The notes: generated by a model from the letters alone, not told the origin. A stretch of DNA of 64,000 bases from the human T2T-CHM13v2.0 reference genome, Homo sapiens (GCF_009914755.1 NC_060932.1), one strand, 5' to 3'; positions 30,872 through 47,087 are shown, counted from the stretch's first letter. Made by a program: numbers and translations.

Positions 30872-31667
30872 TGTTGGATTGGATTTCAAAAAAGAAAAAG
30901 AGAAGTAAATTCTCTCTGCTGCTCCTTGTAGGAGACCATGAGTCTCCAGACGTCCTTTCTCATTTGATTTACATTAAGTCTGTGATGCGGATTGCACTGT
31001 TTAAATGTGGAAGCCCTATGCAATACACCAATTGAGAGACTGGTATTTAAGAGGCTACCTGTGAATCCTGTGGTTCCAAAATTAGGGAGGTATTCCTCAG
31101 TGGAAAGTGCTTATTTTTTTTCTTTATTCTGCAAGAATTTATTGACCTTCCATTGTGTACCCTGGGAGTGCAAAGATAAATAAGGCACCATCGCAGTCCT
31201 CAAGGATTTCAAGCTTAATCAAGAGAAAAAATGCAAAAAGTATTTTTATATAGTATTATAAGTTGTGTTTTCGAACAGTGATTACATTGCCGTGGAGAAA
31301 CAGAGCAAACAATCATGTGTGGCATGGGGGTACAGGTGGAATTCATGGAAGGCCTCGCAGAACATAAATTTTTTAAATAATAGTTTAAGTAGAATACTGG
31401 AAGAACTGCACAGAGACATGATAAAGATTAGTGAATTCAATGGTAACATGAGTCAGGGCTTAAAAGAGGTGAGGAAGAAGGGATAGGAAGCTTCGAGAAC
31501 ATAGAAGATTCTAAGAGACATGAAAAGGAAGTTGGACTTTATCCTGTAAGCCATGGATAAAAATGTGAAACAGAGAAGTAGCGAGATTAAATTTGAGTGT
31601 TAGAAATATCACCCTGGTAGCAAGTGGAGGAGGGGCTTGGAGGGAGAGCGACAGTACCAATAGTTTA

Positions 31668-31895
31668 GATGTGTGCTGTTCATATGGTAGCCACCAGCTA
31701 CGTGTGGCTACTGAGTACGGGAAATGTGCTAGTCAGAATTGAGATGTTGTCAGTACAAAACGTGCTCTAGGTACTGACAAGAAAAAACTTTGAAGAATAT
31801 AAAATGTCTTACTTATATTTAATACTGACTCGATTTTGAAAACAGTAATATTTTAGATATGTTTGGTTACACAAAATGTACTATTAAGAATTAAA
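31668..31895. mobile_element. MER33/MER3-like hAT MITE fragment
   Basis: atatggtagccaccagctacgtgtggctactgagtac..aaatgtgctagt. Confidence 0.7.
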
Positions 31896-32219
31896 AAAAT
31901 AAAAAATAAAACTGGGAGAGAAGAATGTTCTGCTTTTGCGGCACATGCTTGGCATCTCCTAGAGCCAGCAGTTTTAGCAGGTGAGGGAGGGGACGACTGG
32001 GTGAAAACCATACACCTTGTAAATGACATTCCAATCCAAATGCTTCACAAGTAACAGGATGGTAATACATTGGGTCTGTGAAAATGTAGTCTAGGTGTTT
32101 TCAACCTCAGACCACATTACTTCTTTGGAAGAACAAGTAGGAAGGAATTTGAACTTAGTATTAATGATTATATATATAGTTAACACATATATAGCTCTTC
32201 ATCTGTGCCAAGTTCAGTT

Positions 32220-33350
<1,131 letters not shown>

Positions 33351-33698
33351 AATCAAGTTCAGTTCTTAGTTCTTTTCTTCAATTAATGCATTTGACCCTC
33401 TAACAACCCTATGACATGTGCATTCTTAATAGCATTTTCCAGCTGAAAAAGCAGGGACATAGGAGTTAAGTAATTGTCCAAGATCACACTAATACATGTG
33501 AGATCCAAGACTGAACCCAGAAAATCAGCTTCTGTGGTGTATTATCTTAATCATAACAAACAGCAGCCTCCTTGGTCGTCAGCTCCCTTCTCGTGACTCA
33601 GGGATGAAACATCTTACTAGAATAAAAGAAGAGAGGCATCCATCAACCAGCTACCTGTAACGCTAGTTCCATTGCTTAGTAAGCCTCATTGGTAAGAA

Positions 33699-33786
<88 letters not shown>
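33699..33786. repeat. Compound microsatellite (AT)n(AG)n
   Basis: About 13 AT units then about 30 AG units with AA interruptions. Confidence 0.97.
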
Positions 33787-33849
33787 CCTTATACTCATGT
33801 TCTCCCTAGTGATGATTCCACTGTGCCATGCTTTGTATCTGCTCCATCA

Positions 33850-34318
33850 CAAAAAAATTCTGTCATTTGCAAAAACATTGGTTATTCTGGAGGACTTTAT
33901 GCTAAATGAAATAAGCCAGACAACAGGAAGACAAATACTACATGATCTCACTTATATGTGGAATCTAAAAAGTCAAATCTATAAACATAGAGACTAGGAT
34001 GATGGTTAACAGGTACTGGAGGTAGGAGTGGAAATGGGAGGATGTTGGTCAAAGGATACAGATTTCATTTAGGTAGGAGGAATAAATTCTGGAGACTTAA
34101 TGCAAACCATGATGATCATGGTTAATAATAATATTTTGAAAATCGTTAGATAGTAAATTTTAAATGTTCTCACCACAAGACAAATGATAAGTATTTGAGG
34201 TGACAGATATGTTAATTAGCTTGATGTACTCATCCCACAATGTGTGCATATATCAAAATATCACAATATCCCCCATAAATATATATAATTTTTATTTGTC
34301 AAATAAAAATAAATTTTT
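33850..34318 (+). mobile_element. L1MA 3' end
   Basis: ctgtcatttgcaa...gacaaatactacatgatctcacttatatgtggaatct...aatgttctcaccacaa. Confidence 0.85.
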
Positions 34319-34490
34319 GCCATGTTGAGTTTGGATATTAAAGTCAATTAAAGGAATTGTTATATCAAACAACTTTAGGCTTCCAGTGATAATGGGTAAT
34401 TTTAGGGGAGGTGGAGGGAGAAAAAAAATAGGGTCTGACAGACATCATCGCTCTTTCTTAAAAGAACAAAGCTTTTTATCAGATGAAAAC

Positions 34491-34863
34491 TGATATGGTT
34501 TGGCCCTGTGTCCCCACCCAAATCTCATCTTGAATTGTACTCCCATAATTCCCACATGTTGTAGGAGGGACCAGGTGGGTGATAATTGAATCATGGGGTG
34601 GTTTCTCCCATACTGCTCTTTCAGTAATGAATAAGTCTCACGAGATCTGATGGTTTGATAAGGGGAAACCCATTTTGCTTGGCTCCTATTCTCTCCTTGC
34701 TTGCTGCCATCCATGTAAGACGTGACTCGCTCCTCCTAGCCTTCCACCATGATTGCAAGGCTTCCCCAGCCATGTGACTGTAAGTCCAATTAAACCTCTT
34801 TCTTTTGTAAATTGCCCAGTCTTGGTTATGTCTTTACCAGCAGCATGAAAATGAACTAACCCG
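34491..34863 (+). mobile_element. THE1 (C-like) solo LTR
   Basis: TGATATGGTTTGGC..GTGTCCCCACCCAAATCTCATCTTGAATTGTA; ccaattaaacctcttt; flanks aaaac / aagac. Confidence 0.9.
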
Positions 34864-35544
34864 AAGACCAAAGCCTAATCAACCAGCATTTCCAAGATTC
34901 TGACAAACAGCTATTTGTATCAGATTAATGCTGTATAACTTAATTATTTCTGCCACCTCCTGATACCTTAACTCTGGGGCAATGTGGTACATCAATGGAA
35001 TGGTGATGAATAAAAGAAATTCATGTTCTGCTGCCCACTCTCCCATTTTAGGCTCTTCTTCCACCCACATATACACACTGTCCCTCTTGAATATAATTTT
35101 GATTGAAATCATGTAAGACAATGATTTCTAGAAGCAACTGCTGTGAAGAGCAAAGCTGCAAAGGCACTCCAGACAGGATAATACTTGAAAGTAGCAGAAG
35201 TGCACATCAGAGGGATATTAACCTGGAGTCAGGTAACAGCAGGTTCGAGATCTTTTAAGCCATTACTTGCACTGATCTAAATTAAAAGGCCCTAGGAAAA
35301 AGTGTGCTAATCTAAAAACTATCTTATTCCGTCATATTTTTTTAACTAGAACAAAGTCAATGAAGAGAATGAAACTCAATTCAAATTGTAGTAACAATCT
35401 GCATAGAGCAATGAGTAAGTTTGCTAACTTTAGATTTAGATTTGCCTGGGTTCAAATCTTGACCTTGGGCACATTAAGCTCTCACTTAAAAAGAAAATAA
35501 CCTTGTTTTACATTTCTCTACGTTCTTATTTTTAAGGTGTGATA

Positions 35545-35783
35545 CCCTATTGTGGTATCAGATTATTAGGATAATTATTATATCGTAATATATCCCAAAG
35601 GATAGTATATCCTAATGTATCCTATATTATATATATCCTATTATATATAGGATATATAATAATTAGGATATAATTATTAGGTTATAATATTATTAGCATA
35701 AAAATTATCCTAATAATAATAAGGACATAATATGATATATTAGGATATAATAATTATCCTGATAATCTTATACCACAGTAGGG
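35545..35783. repeat. Palindromic AT-rich element with 50-bp inverted arms
   Basis: 35545-35594 matches the reverse complement of 35734-35783 at 46/50. Confidence 0.9.
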
Positions 35784-36454
35784 AGGGAAATGTGCACACT
35801 TCTGTGTACTTTCATGTGTGTCTGTGTGTGTTGGGGCTGAAGGATTGGCAGGCATGTGATCTTGAAGATGTTGTATTCATTGCTTTGGACCTGGAAATTA
35901 TTCGCTAGCCTATGACATACTGCAGTGTTGTGAACATATTTCAGTTGTGCCAAGTTAACCATCCCCTTAGTCTTCAGGGTGACTGGTTAGGACCTGGAAG
36001 AGTCACACCTCATTGCAGGTCGCCTCTAGTTTGCAAGCATCTTTGTCCCTTGACCACAGTGAGCCATATGAAATTCTGACTTTTCTACTAGTGCTTTGAT
36101 GTAAAGTTTGGGAAGAACTGCTATAGGCAGAGGGAACCCACAGAAGACTTTGTGAAAGAGTGGCACGTGCAAAGAGGTTAATGTGATGTGATGTGTCTAA
36201 AGTGCTTACTTAGCACAGTGTCTGGCTTATTGTAAGGCCTCAGTTGAGGTATGTGTCTAGCTGGGTATGAGCTCATTGAGAGAATATATGTTGAAAAATA
36301 TGTGTCATGAATTTAGTAATAGAATTAAAATGAAATCGCGTATGTTAATTATAAGAGATTAGCAAACAATAGAGTATATAATTGTTTTTACAGCATTTTT
36401 GTGTGAGGCACATTAATGATTTAATTTGTTATGTAATGCTTAGTGTGCACATAA

Positions 36455-36778
36455 TTTTTAGTTTCTTTTTCTTTCTTTCTTTTTTTTTTTTTTTTTGAGA
36501 CAGAGTCTCACTCTGTCACCCAGGTTGGAATGAAGTGATAGAATCTTGGCTGACTGCAACCTCTGCCTCCCGGGTTCAAGTAATTATCGTGCCTCAGCCA
36601 CTCGAGTAGCTGGGATTACAGGTGTGTGCCACCACTCCTGGCTAATTTTTGTATTTTTAGTAGAAACAAGGTTCCGCTATGTTGGCCAGGCTGCTCTCAA
36701 ACTCCTGACCCCAAGTGATCAACCCACCTCAGCCTCCCAAAGTTCTGGGAATGTAAGTGGGAGCCACTGCACCCGGCA
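36455..36778 (-). mobile_element. AluS
   Basis: Reverse Alu; TSD AGTGTGCACATA. Confidence 0.94.
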
Positions 36779-37169
36779 AGTGTGCACATACATTTGAGGA
36801 GCTCTCAATGAATCACACCTGCTCAGGGGTTCTAAGATTTCAATTTGGGATCCGTTGCCATAAAAATCAACAATGATATAGTCCACATTCTTCTATCCCT
36901 ACACCATTTCCTGGTCTTTTAATAAGAATTATGGATGTTGGGGAATTTAGAGACAAATTAGAAATGATTAAGTTTCTTAAAAATATTAAATTCTAGTGGG
37001 GGGGATTAGATAGATACAGAAGTAATTGTGATGCATGATAGAAAGTGCTAAATTCCACATGACAGACACAGGACCAAATGCTATAAGAATATACAGAAAG
37101 AAATCCTGTAAGAGGAGAGAGAAATCCACTCCATTTAAGAGGATCTGGAAAGGCTTCATGGAGCATGCA

Positions 37170-37720
37170 TGTGTCAGTTAAGGCTCTTTAGTTACTAGCG
37201 ACAGAGAACTGAATGAAAAAGGGCTTAAGAAAAAAATAGAAGATATGGACTTTCACTATTAATATTCCATGAAGAGTTGTAGCTTCAGGAATATTTTGAT
37301 CCGGTTGTCATACACCGAGATCAGCCTCTCGGTGTTTCTCTCTTCCTTTTCAGCTTTGCTTCCTCTGTGATGGCTCTATTCTCAGACAATCTCTCTGCTC
37401 ACTCCAATATCCTCCCAGGGGCAAGTTCGGCAAAAAGGAGAAACATGTTTCCAGCTGGGTTTCAGACAAATCCTAAGATTCACCAGGAATTTGGCCAATT
37501 TGGTCAAATGTCCACCCCTTGGGAATTACTATGATGGAACGATAGACTACCTTTCTTCCCTTAGGCTTGGTTTCATGCTGTGCTCTACAGCTCATGAACT
37601 GAGAGTGAGGGGCATTTTTCAAATAGGAAAGTGGATTCTATTTCTAGACAAAAACAAAAAAACAAAAAACAAAAAAAACAGTATTATTTGCAGAATGGCT
37701 ACAAAAAATCAATAACTATC
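37170..37720 (-). mobile_element. Old MLT1 LTR relic
   Basis: tgtgtcagttaaggctctttagttactagcgacagagaac...agcttcagga...tgcttcctctgtg..ggctctattctcaga. Confidence 0.5.
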
Positions 37721-38169
37721 CATCAAAGGGTTTGATTTTTTATCTGGGCCTTGGAGTATAGGTGAGATCAGAAATGTTGAGAGCAAAGTAGTGTGAAAGT
37801 GAATAAATAAATTATTGGCACACAGATCCTGTTGCAGAATTCTTGTTGGGTGAAGTCATAGTCATAACCCTCCTCCAAAGGCACATTTCTCATGCCCTTA
37901 GTTCCTTCCACTAATGTTCTCCCATTTATGTCATGAGAGGTAGCATAAAACTCTGAAGCTGCGCCACTCAAAATGACAATGAATTTAGTAAAATTTACAA
38001 GTGAGCTCTTTAGGCTTAAGTGTCTTTGTATGGTCTATCATATCAAGGGGCGATCTGTGAGACAAAAAGATACCAGGAAGTTCCATATTTCAGGAAGAAA
38101 AGGGTAGATTTTGTATCATATATCTCCCTATATCCAATATAATGCTCAAGAATGATGAAAATGATGATG

Positions 38170-38385
38170 ATAATGACAGCAATTAAGAGTTTTTGAATGC
38201 ATCAAGTACCGTGCTAAGTGCTTTGCATGGATTATTTCATGAAGTCTTTATAACACTACAAGGTGAGGGCCATTTTTACCTCTATGTTATAGGTGAGGAA
38301 ACCAAAACATAAAATATTAAATATATTGACTAAGGAAACAGTCAAAGATAAGATCCGGGATACAAAACCAAACTCTCATCTCTAT
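38170..38385 (-). mobile_element. MIR
   Basis: gtgctaagtgctttgcatggattatttcat...ttataggtgaggaaacc. Confidence 0.7.
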
Positions 38386-38503
38386 ACCTCCTCTCCTCCA
38401 GTTCTGATTCTTCTCTAATCTTAATCTCAGCACCTATGTAAATCAAGTAGCTCAAATCAGAAACTCAGAACTCATTGTTGACACCAACCTCTCCTTTACC
38501 CTA

Positions 38504-38916
38504 TGTAGAGACTGCTAAGTGTTTCTCAAACTCCACATACCATTTCTCCTAGACCCACAACTGGGCTACATTTTCCCAAATTCCTGTCAATTAAAGACCA
38601 TAAGACTGAATCTTGGCCAACAGAATGTGGGTGGAGGTGATGTGTATCTCCCACGGTCCTACACACTTCCGATCTCTCTCTATATCAGTGGAGAGGGCTT
38701 GAGGAGTGAGCGTAAGGTCCCGAGGTTGGACTGTGCTGCAAGGTGGCATGGTTCCCTAGATGACATCCTAAGGCAAACCCACATTGCTAATGTACGTTGG
38801 AAATACATTTCTATTTTATTTTTCTATTATTAAGCCGGAAATACATTTCTCTTATGAGAAGCTACTGAGATTTTAAGGTTCATATGTAGAGACGTTAGTC
38901 TATCATGATTAATATA
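38504..38916 (+). mobile_element. MLT1 (I/J-like) LTR
   Basis: tgtagagactgc..gggctacattttccca...tggccaacagaatgtgggtggaggtgatgt...aagctactgagattt. Confidence 0.6.
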
Positions 38917-39050
38917 TCCACCCTGAAATCTATTACTAAAAATCTATCCTGAATATATCCAGTCTTCTGATTTCCATGCCTCTATCCTAGTCTAAGTTAC
39001 CACCCACCATCCCTTGTCAAGATTGCAGCAGTAGCCACTCAAGGTGTTTC

Positions 39051-39344
<294 letters not shown>

Positions 39345-39437
39345 TAAGGTGTTTCATCACCACCCTTACCCCAACTACATTTTCCATATACTTGCAAAGG
39401 TAGACTTTTTTTTTCCTTTTTTAGTAAAAATTGTATT

Positions 39438-39740
39438 CAGTGGTGAAATGATTCTGTATGATACTATAATGGCAGATAGATGAAATTATGTATTTGCCAA
39501 AACCCATGGAACTGTACAACATAAAAATGAACCCTAACATAAAGACCTCAGTTGATAATATTGTAACAGTAATGGTTTATCAACTATAACAAATACACCA
39601 CACTAAAGCAAGATGTTAATAATAGGGGAAGCTGTGTATAGGTCAAAGGAGAAGAGGTATACGGAAATTCTCTGTACTTTCTGTGCAATTTTCCTGTAAA
39701 CCAAAATTGCTCAAAAATGGAGTCTATTAATTTTTAAAAA
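39438..39740 (+). mobile_element. L1MC 3' end
   Basis: gattctgtatgatactataatgg...caaaacccatggaactgtacaac...ctctgtactttctgtgcaattttcctgtaaacc. Confidence 0.8.
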
Positions 39741-40244
39741 TCTGGTTATATCCTTCTTCTGCATAAAATCGTTTAACATCTTCTCATTGTTCTTAAACAA
39801 AACATGTTCTATGTGGCCCTAATGGCCTGGCCCCTCTATGTGCCTCCAGCCTCATCTCCCACACTTCACCAACCTCACTGTGTCCCTGACACATAAACCT
39901 TCCATCAGTTCTTCAAAAGGGGCAAATGCTGTTTAACCAGGGCCCTGCACGTGCTGTTTCCTCTGATTGGGCATTTTGTCTCTCTTCTTTGTCCCCTCAA
40001 ACTTCAGTTTTCAGATCCAGCAACACCTCTTCCAGAGAGGTTATTTTCTCACCATTCAGTAAATCAAATTCAGTAAATCAGAGCCCGATTATTTTCTCTC
40101 ACAACTCTATATTCCACTATAGTATTTATGGTGGATTACAAAATGAGAAATATTGTTTGTTTTGTTCCCTTTGCAAAACTTAGTAGCTAGTGTGGGAATT
40201 GGAATACAGCAGATGTACAAAACAAAACAAAATAAGAAAAGCAA

Positions 40245-40480
40245 AACTTATATTGGACTCATGATGTGCCAAGCAGGGTTTTAATTATCTTATCTATGTT
40301 AACTCATTAAACTTTCCTAGCAACCTTATGAAATAGATACCATTAGCACGTCCATTTTACAGATGAGTAAACTGAAGCCAGAGATGTTAAGTCACTTGCT
40401 GAAGACTTCACAGCTTGCCAGTGGTGGAGTTGGGATTTGGTTCCAGTATGTGTGGCTGTGGTGTCTGTCCTTTTAACTAG
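40245..40480 (-). mobile_element. MIR
   Basis: ccattttacagatgagtaaactgaagccagagatgttaagtcacttgctgaag. Confidence 0.8.
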
Positions 40481-42580
40481 TGTGACTCTCTATCACTGAC
40501 TAATAAATGAACAAACCAATGAAGGTAGCCTGTGCTCCTAACTTCTCATTAAACTGCCTGCCCTGTTCCCTGAAATTCACAGAAATGTTCATGACCATTT
40601 TTACTTATTTTTTTTGCTCTTGCTCATCAGTTTATATTCCAAGTCCAAAGCAAAAAACTTCTCGTTATCATTATTTCAAATCTTCTCTTATGTTCCTTTT
40701 TTTTTTTTTTTTTTCCAAAGGGCAGCTTCTTTTTAAAGTCTTTTGGCTAAGTGATAATAAATATATTGCCCTTCTCTCAGTAGAGTTTTGGGTGAATGGT
40801 ATTCTGACTTTAGAGGTGATCAGTTAACTTTAGGGAGTAAAGAAAGATAAATCGATGTGGTCCATATTCAGCTACATTCTTCAGTGGATTATTGCTTGAA
40901 GATCAAAGCTGGATTAATGAGGGAAAAAAACCTCCAGAAAACACAAGAGCATTATTGCATTTTGAGCCCATGGAACGCATTTTTCATTTATTAGCTTTGG
41001 GACTTTCTGCTCATATTCTGTACCTGAAAATGTAGGAACATAAAGACAAAGGCAAAAAGAAAGAGCAGAAATAATCAAGAAAAAAATGAGAATCTGTATA
41101 ATACGACTGAAAAGGCTCATCTTTAAATTTAGTTGTAGAAACACAGGCAATAGCATTCAAAAAGGTATCAACTGACTTGGAATAATATGATCCATCGGCT
41201 TAACTAAGAACTTTGCCACAGGGAAGCCATACACATAAGCGGTTGCTGTATAGCTGTGATTTGAATTGTCAGTCCCCTCTGGGGGCCCAGAAGATTTTAA
41301 AGAGAAACTACAGTTGCTTTCCATCAGCTTACAGCATAGAGGCAATTGCTTCTTTAAAAGATATATCTAAATAAAATGTCAAGATGATACATGCTTTTAA
41401 AGGAATGTTTGTAGAATGTTCAACACAGCTACAATTCTTTCTGGCACAATTCAATAGCAGTTCTCAATTTGCTTTGAAGGGAAATATGCAGGATATAAAG
41501 AAACCTGCACTCTGCAGAGATGATAAGTGCAGTTGCCAGATCGAAGTAATATTTTTAGTTATGGTTTTAGTATATTAAATTATATTTTTATGGTGAATTA
41601 TTTTTCTGGTTAGTTCATTGAGCCTATATTAATGTTAGCATATGGACTTACTATCTGGGCATTTATATAAATTATCAGAATGGAGGTCATTAGGGGAAGA
41701 CACAGAGAGAGTCACACAACATTAAGATTTTTAAAAGAAAGTAGACATAGAACTAGGAATGTTGAGCTGTAGTTTTGGTACTAATCAATGAGCTGTTGGA
41801 TCTTAGATAAAAATTAATAACTTAATTTTTCCTGCCCTCATTTATATAACTTACAATAATTAAAAGTAACTCAGTTGTTGTAGGGTTTTGATGATATAGT
41901 GTACACATATATGAACTAGCTGTGTAATCCTGAGGAAATGGCCTTTTTCATTTATTTGATAAATATTTATGGGATGTTTACCATGTGCCAGGTCTGTGCT
42001 TGGCCCCCATGGTATGGTAGTATGTGTATACTATAGTGCATGCTGATGTCTACAAAGAGATACATGGTAGGTCCTCCTACAGTGTTTATGATTTACTAAG
42101 GATGAAAAATTTTAAATGATTAATCCTGCTAATCAAGGTGTAATTATATCCTGAGCTCAAGACTTGTCAGGAAAGGGACATGGTCCTTTAAACCATGAAC
42201 AAGGGAACTGACTGGTATTGGGAAAGCAGGGAAAGCTTCCCTAAGGAGTGTCCTTGAGCTGAGATCTAAAGGGGAAACAGGAGATAACAAATGGAAAGAG
42301 AGACTAGCAGTTCAGACTAATGAAACAGCATATAAAAAAACCCTGGGGTCAGCATAATGGTGACTGGTCAGCTGAAAGAAGGCTGGGTTCCTGGAGGCAG
42401 AGTGTAAACTACAGCAAGTTTTCAGAGGAAAGCAAAGGTAGAATAAAAAAAGTCTTGCAGGCAGCATTTGAATTTTGTTGTTCTTTCCAGTTATAACAGG
42501 AATCTCCAGCTCCTCACTTAAAAATGGGGGAAATGGACTTAAAGAGCTGATTATGCATGTAAATCACACAAGGCTTAAGT

Positions 42581-42973
42581 TACATTAATCCATCTTGCAT
42601 TACTATAAAGGAACACCTGAGAATGGGCGATTTATAAAGAAGAGGTTTATTTTGGCTTATGGTTCTGCAGGCTGTACAGGAAGCATACTGCTGGCATCTA
42701 CTTCTGGTGAGGTCTCAGGAAGCTTACAGTCATGGCAGAAGGTGAAGGGGGAGCAGGCACATCACATGTCCAGAGAGAGAGAGAGAGCAAGAGAGAGATG
42801 GGGGAGATCCCACTCTTTTTAACAACCAGATCTTGCATGAACTTATCACCACTCGTTACCTTGGGGAGGGTACCAAGCCATTCATGAGGGATCCACCACA
42901 TGCCTCCCACTGTCCCTACCTCCAGCATATTTCAACACAAGATTTGGAGGGGACACACATCCAAACCATATCA
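42581..42973 (-). mobile_element. MSTB-like solo LTR
   Basis: ggttctgcaggctgtacaggaagcat...gatttggaggggacacacatccaaaccatatca. Confidence 0.88.
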
Positions 42974-43239
42974 CCGATACACAGTAGGCATGTAATAAAC
43001 AATTCTCTCAGACCATGTTCTGAACTATAAAAGTCTTTCACTATTAGACCCACTCTTCACCAAGAGGTTCTTATTTTATGCATATTTACAAAGCCTGATG
43101 CATTCTCATAAAACATTTTTCTTCTCTACAGCTGCAATAAATAGTAAATAGCAGGTTAATACTACCATCTTAATATCTAAAATTAGCAGTCTGTGGACTA
43201 TTTGCCCCCCAAAACTTTTCTCTATGTCTCCAAGAAAAT

Positions 43240-43720
43240 ATTTATAATTGAAATATAATACATGTAGAGATGTGCACAAATCATAGCTGGACAGCTTGAT
43301 GAATCTTTACAAAGTGAACAGGTACATGCAACCATCACCCAGATCAAAGAATAGTATATAAGCAGCACCCTGGGACCCTCCTCATGCCCCCTTCCAGTCA
43401 CAGCCTTCCTTCCTTCCCAGTGGTAATCATTATGCTGTTTCCTGCTATCACTGATTCATTTTACCTTGTTTGGAACTTTAAAAGAGTAGACTCATACAGT
43501 ATGTATTATTTTTGATAAAACTTTTTTTACTCATAACAACATTTGCAAGATTTTTCTGTATTATTGCATGTAGCAGTAATTTATTCATTTTCATTATTTC
43601 ATAGTATATATGAAATATATATAAATATATAAATATATATATATATAGTATGTATTCTGCCACGAATACATATAATTTATTTATCTGTTCTAGTGAGGAT
43701 AACCACCCAGGAACATTTAA
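43240..43720 (-). mobile_element. L1ME 3' fragment
   Basis: gtgcacaaatcat..acagcttgatgaat.ttacaaagtgaaca...accatcacccagatcaa. Confidence 0.7.
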
Positions 43721-43917
43721 TAAATATTTTCAAATGAGAAAATGAATACATTTCTCAAAGACTTACTCTCTTCAACTGTAAAACAAGCTCAATAATAAAA
43801 TCAAAACTTACTCTGTAAGATTGTTGTGAGTATTAAATGAAACAAAGCATACAAAATGCCCATTCAGTGACACATAGTAAGTCTTCATAAGTAGTATCTA
43901 CTTATAATTATTTAAGG

Positions 43918-44195
<278 letters not shown>

Positions 44196-44889
44196 ATTTC
44201 AGGAATTCTTTTATAAAAGATTTAGAAAATGGGGGAATGTCCACAAGTGAAAAATGCTACCTTAACTCGAAGTGGCTAGAATAAGGCTCTAGAATTGTGA
44301 AGAAATCAAACTAAAATAAATATGCAAAATACTGTCTGTCACACCTTGTACTTTTTAAGCTAATTTGGCCCATCCAAGTACTATGTACATGATAAACGAT
44401 GAAGTCAAGCTATAGATGTTTAAGCACTTTAATCACCTTGGGCTGCTCCTGTCCTCCTGACTTTGCACTTGTTCTATCTTGTTTCGCCAGGCTCTTGACC
44501 CTCACATTGTTTCTTGGTTTCTGTACCACCCTTGCTATTTGGTACCAAACCATCTTGAATTTAAAAAATTTATACTTGCTGCTCCTTTATGTCTAGGACT
44601 GTATTTTATTCTGCAAATTCCTCCTACTTCTGGTCACCATATCCAGAAGTCTGAAGAGGGTTCAGATAGTTGTTCTGAACATATATGGGGCATTCGATAT
44701 ATAGACATTGATTGGCATATTGCCTGCAGATTTGAATCATGGTAAATAGGAATTAGTGGAAGCCTGATTATAGATTAATGCCACAAAGTCACTGAAGTGA
44801 CCCTTCGGACACTGTTTGCTTAGCGTATCATTGATTATAGAGAGAAATTATAACAGCCCCAGGATTGCTGTGAAGGGCTAATTCACACA

Positions 44890-45935
44890 ATGCTGTCACA
44901 TTTCCCTGACTCCTCTGTTCATGGGCCATATCCAATCAAAATTCTTACTGCAGAGTATGCTGGTGCCAACAAAATCTCCGAGTCTGGCACAGAGCTCTCC
45001 TGTGAATATAGTGAATCCAGCTACCTGGTGGCAATCTCTACTTAAATAACCTGTAGAGAGTTGAAACTTAACATGTCCAAAGTACAACTTATTATCATGC
45101 CTTTTATCATTTCTAACCATTTCTCTCATATTCGCAAACTTCATGGCACCATCATGCATTTTGCGTCTTCAGTCAGAAACCTGGGCATTGTCTTTGACAT
45201 CTTTTGCAACTTACCCATCACATCCAATCAATCATCAAGACCTGTCCATTCTGTCAACTAAATAAACTTAAAAATCTGTCTACTCCTATCCATTCATACT
45301 CAGTTTTCTTTGAATGCATAATTTCCAGTCCACAATAACATGTACAACTTTCAATTAATTTTCCTGGTCTTTTTTACTTGATCTCTCTACTCCTACTCAG
45401 GAAGACCCCTATAGTCAAAGGGGTCTTTCTAAATGTCATACTTGATCATGTTAATCCCCAGCCTAAAATTCTTTCATAACTCCTTCTTGCCATTTAGATG
45501 AGTCAAGCCAACAATTTAGCATGGACTGTAGATTCCTTTGTAATTTTGTACCTGGGGGTTCACCACTTGCAACGTTCTCCATTCCAGCCATTCTAAGATA
45601 TTTGCAACATGACATTTTAACATTCATCTCTGGACATTTGCATATATTCTGACCTCCACATGGAATATTTTTCTTCCTGATTCACCATTTCCAGACTAGT
45701 CCTAATTATCCTCAGGTTTGTACTTCTGTATTAGCTCCTCCTCCAGTACCTTATACTTACTCCTTCAAACCAATTGTTGACTTCTTTGAAATTGATTGTT
45801 TACTCGTTTGAATCCTCTCTAGACCATAAACTGATTGAGCATAGTAGTCTATCTTGTTTTCATTTTATGACCAGCATTGAGTGCAACACATGGCATAGAG
45901 TACTAGCACAAAACATTTGTTGGATATATGAGCAA
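44890..45935 (+). mobile_element. L2 long fragment with 3' end
   Basis: aaacttaacatgtccaaa...cccatcacatccaatcaatcatcaagacctgt...acacatggcatagagta..catttgttgga. Confidence 0.7.
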
Positions 45936-46017
45936 ATCCATTAAAAGTTAATGAAAGATGTGCTTATAGGAAAGTATTCAGCAGCTGCCATTTTATTTTA
46001 TGATAGCAGTGTACTAG

Positions 46018-46336
<319 letters not shown>

Positions 46337-46723
46337 TCAGTATATTTTTAAAACATACACTTATTCGAAGTTTTCCTGAAAGAAACAGATAACCTGGTAA
46401 ATGCTAAATGCTAATGGAGTACATGAAAGTAAATGTCACACTCCAGGCAAGCCATGTTTTTCTTTATAAACAGAGATGGACATAATTAACCCAATATCAT
46501 CCATTCATTCTTTCCATAGACATTTACTATTCTCAGCAAAAATCCAAAGACCACAAAATTTGAGTTCTCTTACTGATATTTGGGATGTAACACTAACTTG
46601 TAGATATTCTTACTCTCTCAGTGTTTGGTGGCTTATAGCTATCTAGGTTAGAAGAGAAGGTAGCTGTAAAGTAGGGTAAAAAGTAACACCTGTATTTCGC
46701 CACTTACTTAGCTGAAGGACTTC

Positions 46724-47087
46724 AGATATGATTTGGCTCTGTGTCTCCACCCACATCTCATATGAAATTGTACTTCCTAATGTTGGGGGAGAGACCTGGT
46801 GGGAGGTGACTGGATCATGGGGGTGGATATCCCTCTTGCTGTTCTCATGAGATCTGGTTGTTTAAAAGTGTGTTGCACTTCACCCTTCTCTCTCTCTCCT
46901 ACTCTGCCATGTGAAGAAGGTACTTGCTTCCCTTTTGCCCTTCTGCAATGATTGTAATTTTCCTGAGGCCTCCCCAACCATGCTTCCTGTACAGCCTGCA
47001 GAATTATGAGTTAATTAAACCTCCTATCTTCATAAATTGCCCGGTCTCAGGTAGTTCTTTATAGCAGTTTGAAAACAGGCGAATACA
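46724..47087 (+). mobile_element. MSTA-like solo LTR
   Basis: gatatgatttggctctgtgtc...gttctttatagcag..aataca; TSD ACTTC. Confidence 0.9.

Noticed and set aside
33689-33997. ORF with IYIY/RERE runs
   Set aside because: Translation of an (AT)n(AG)n microsatellite plus L1MA.
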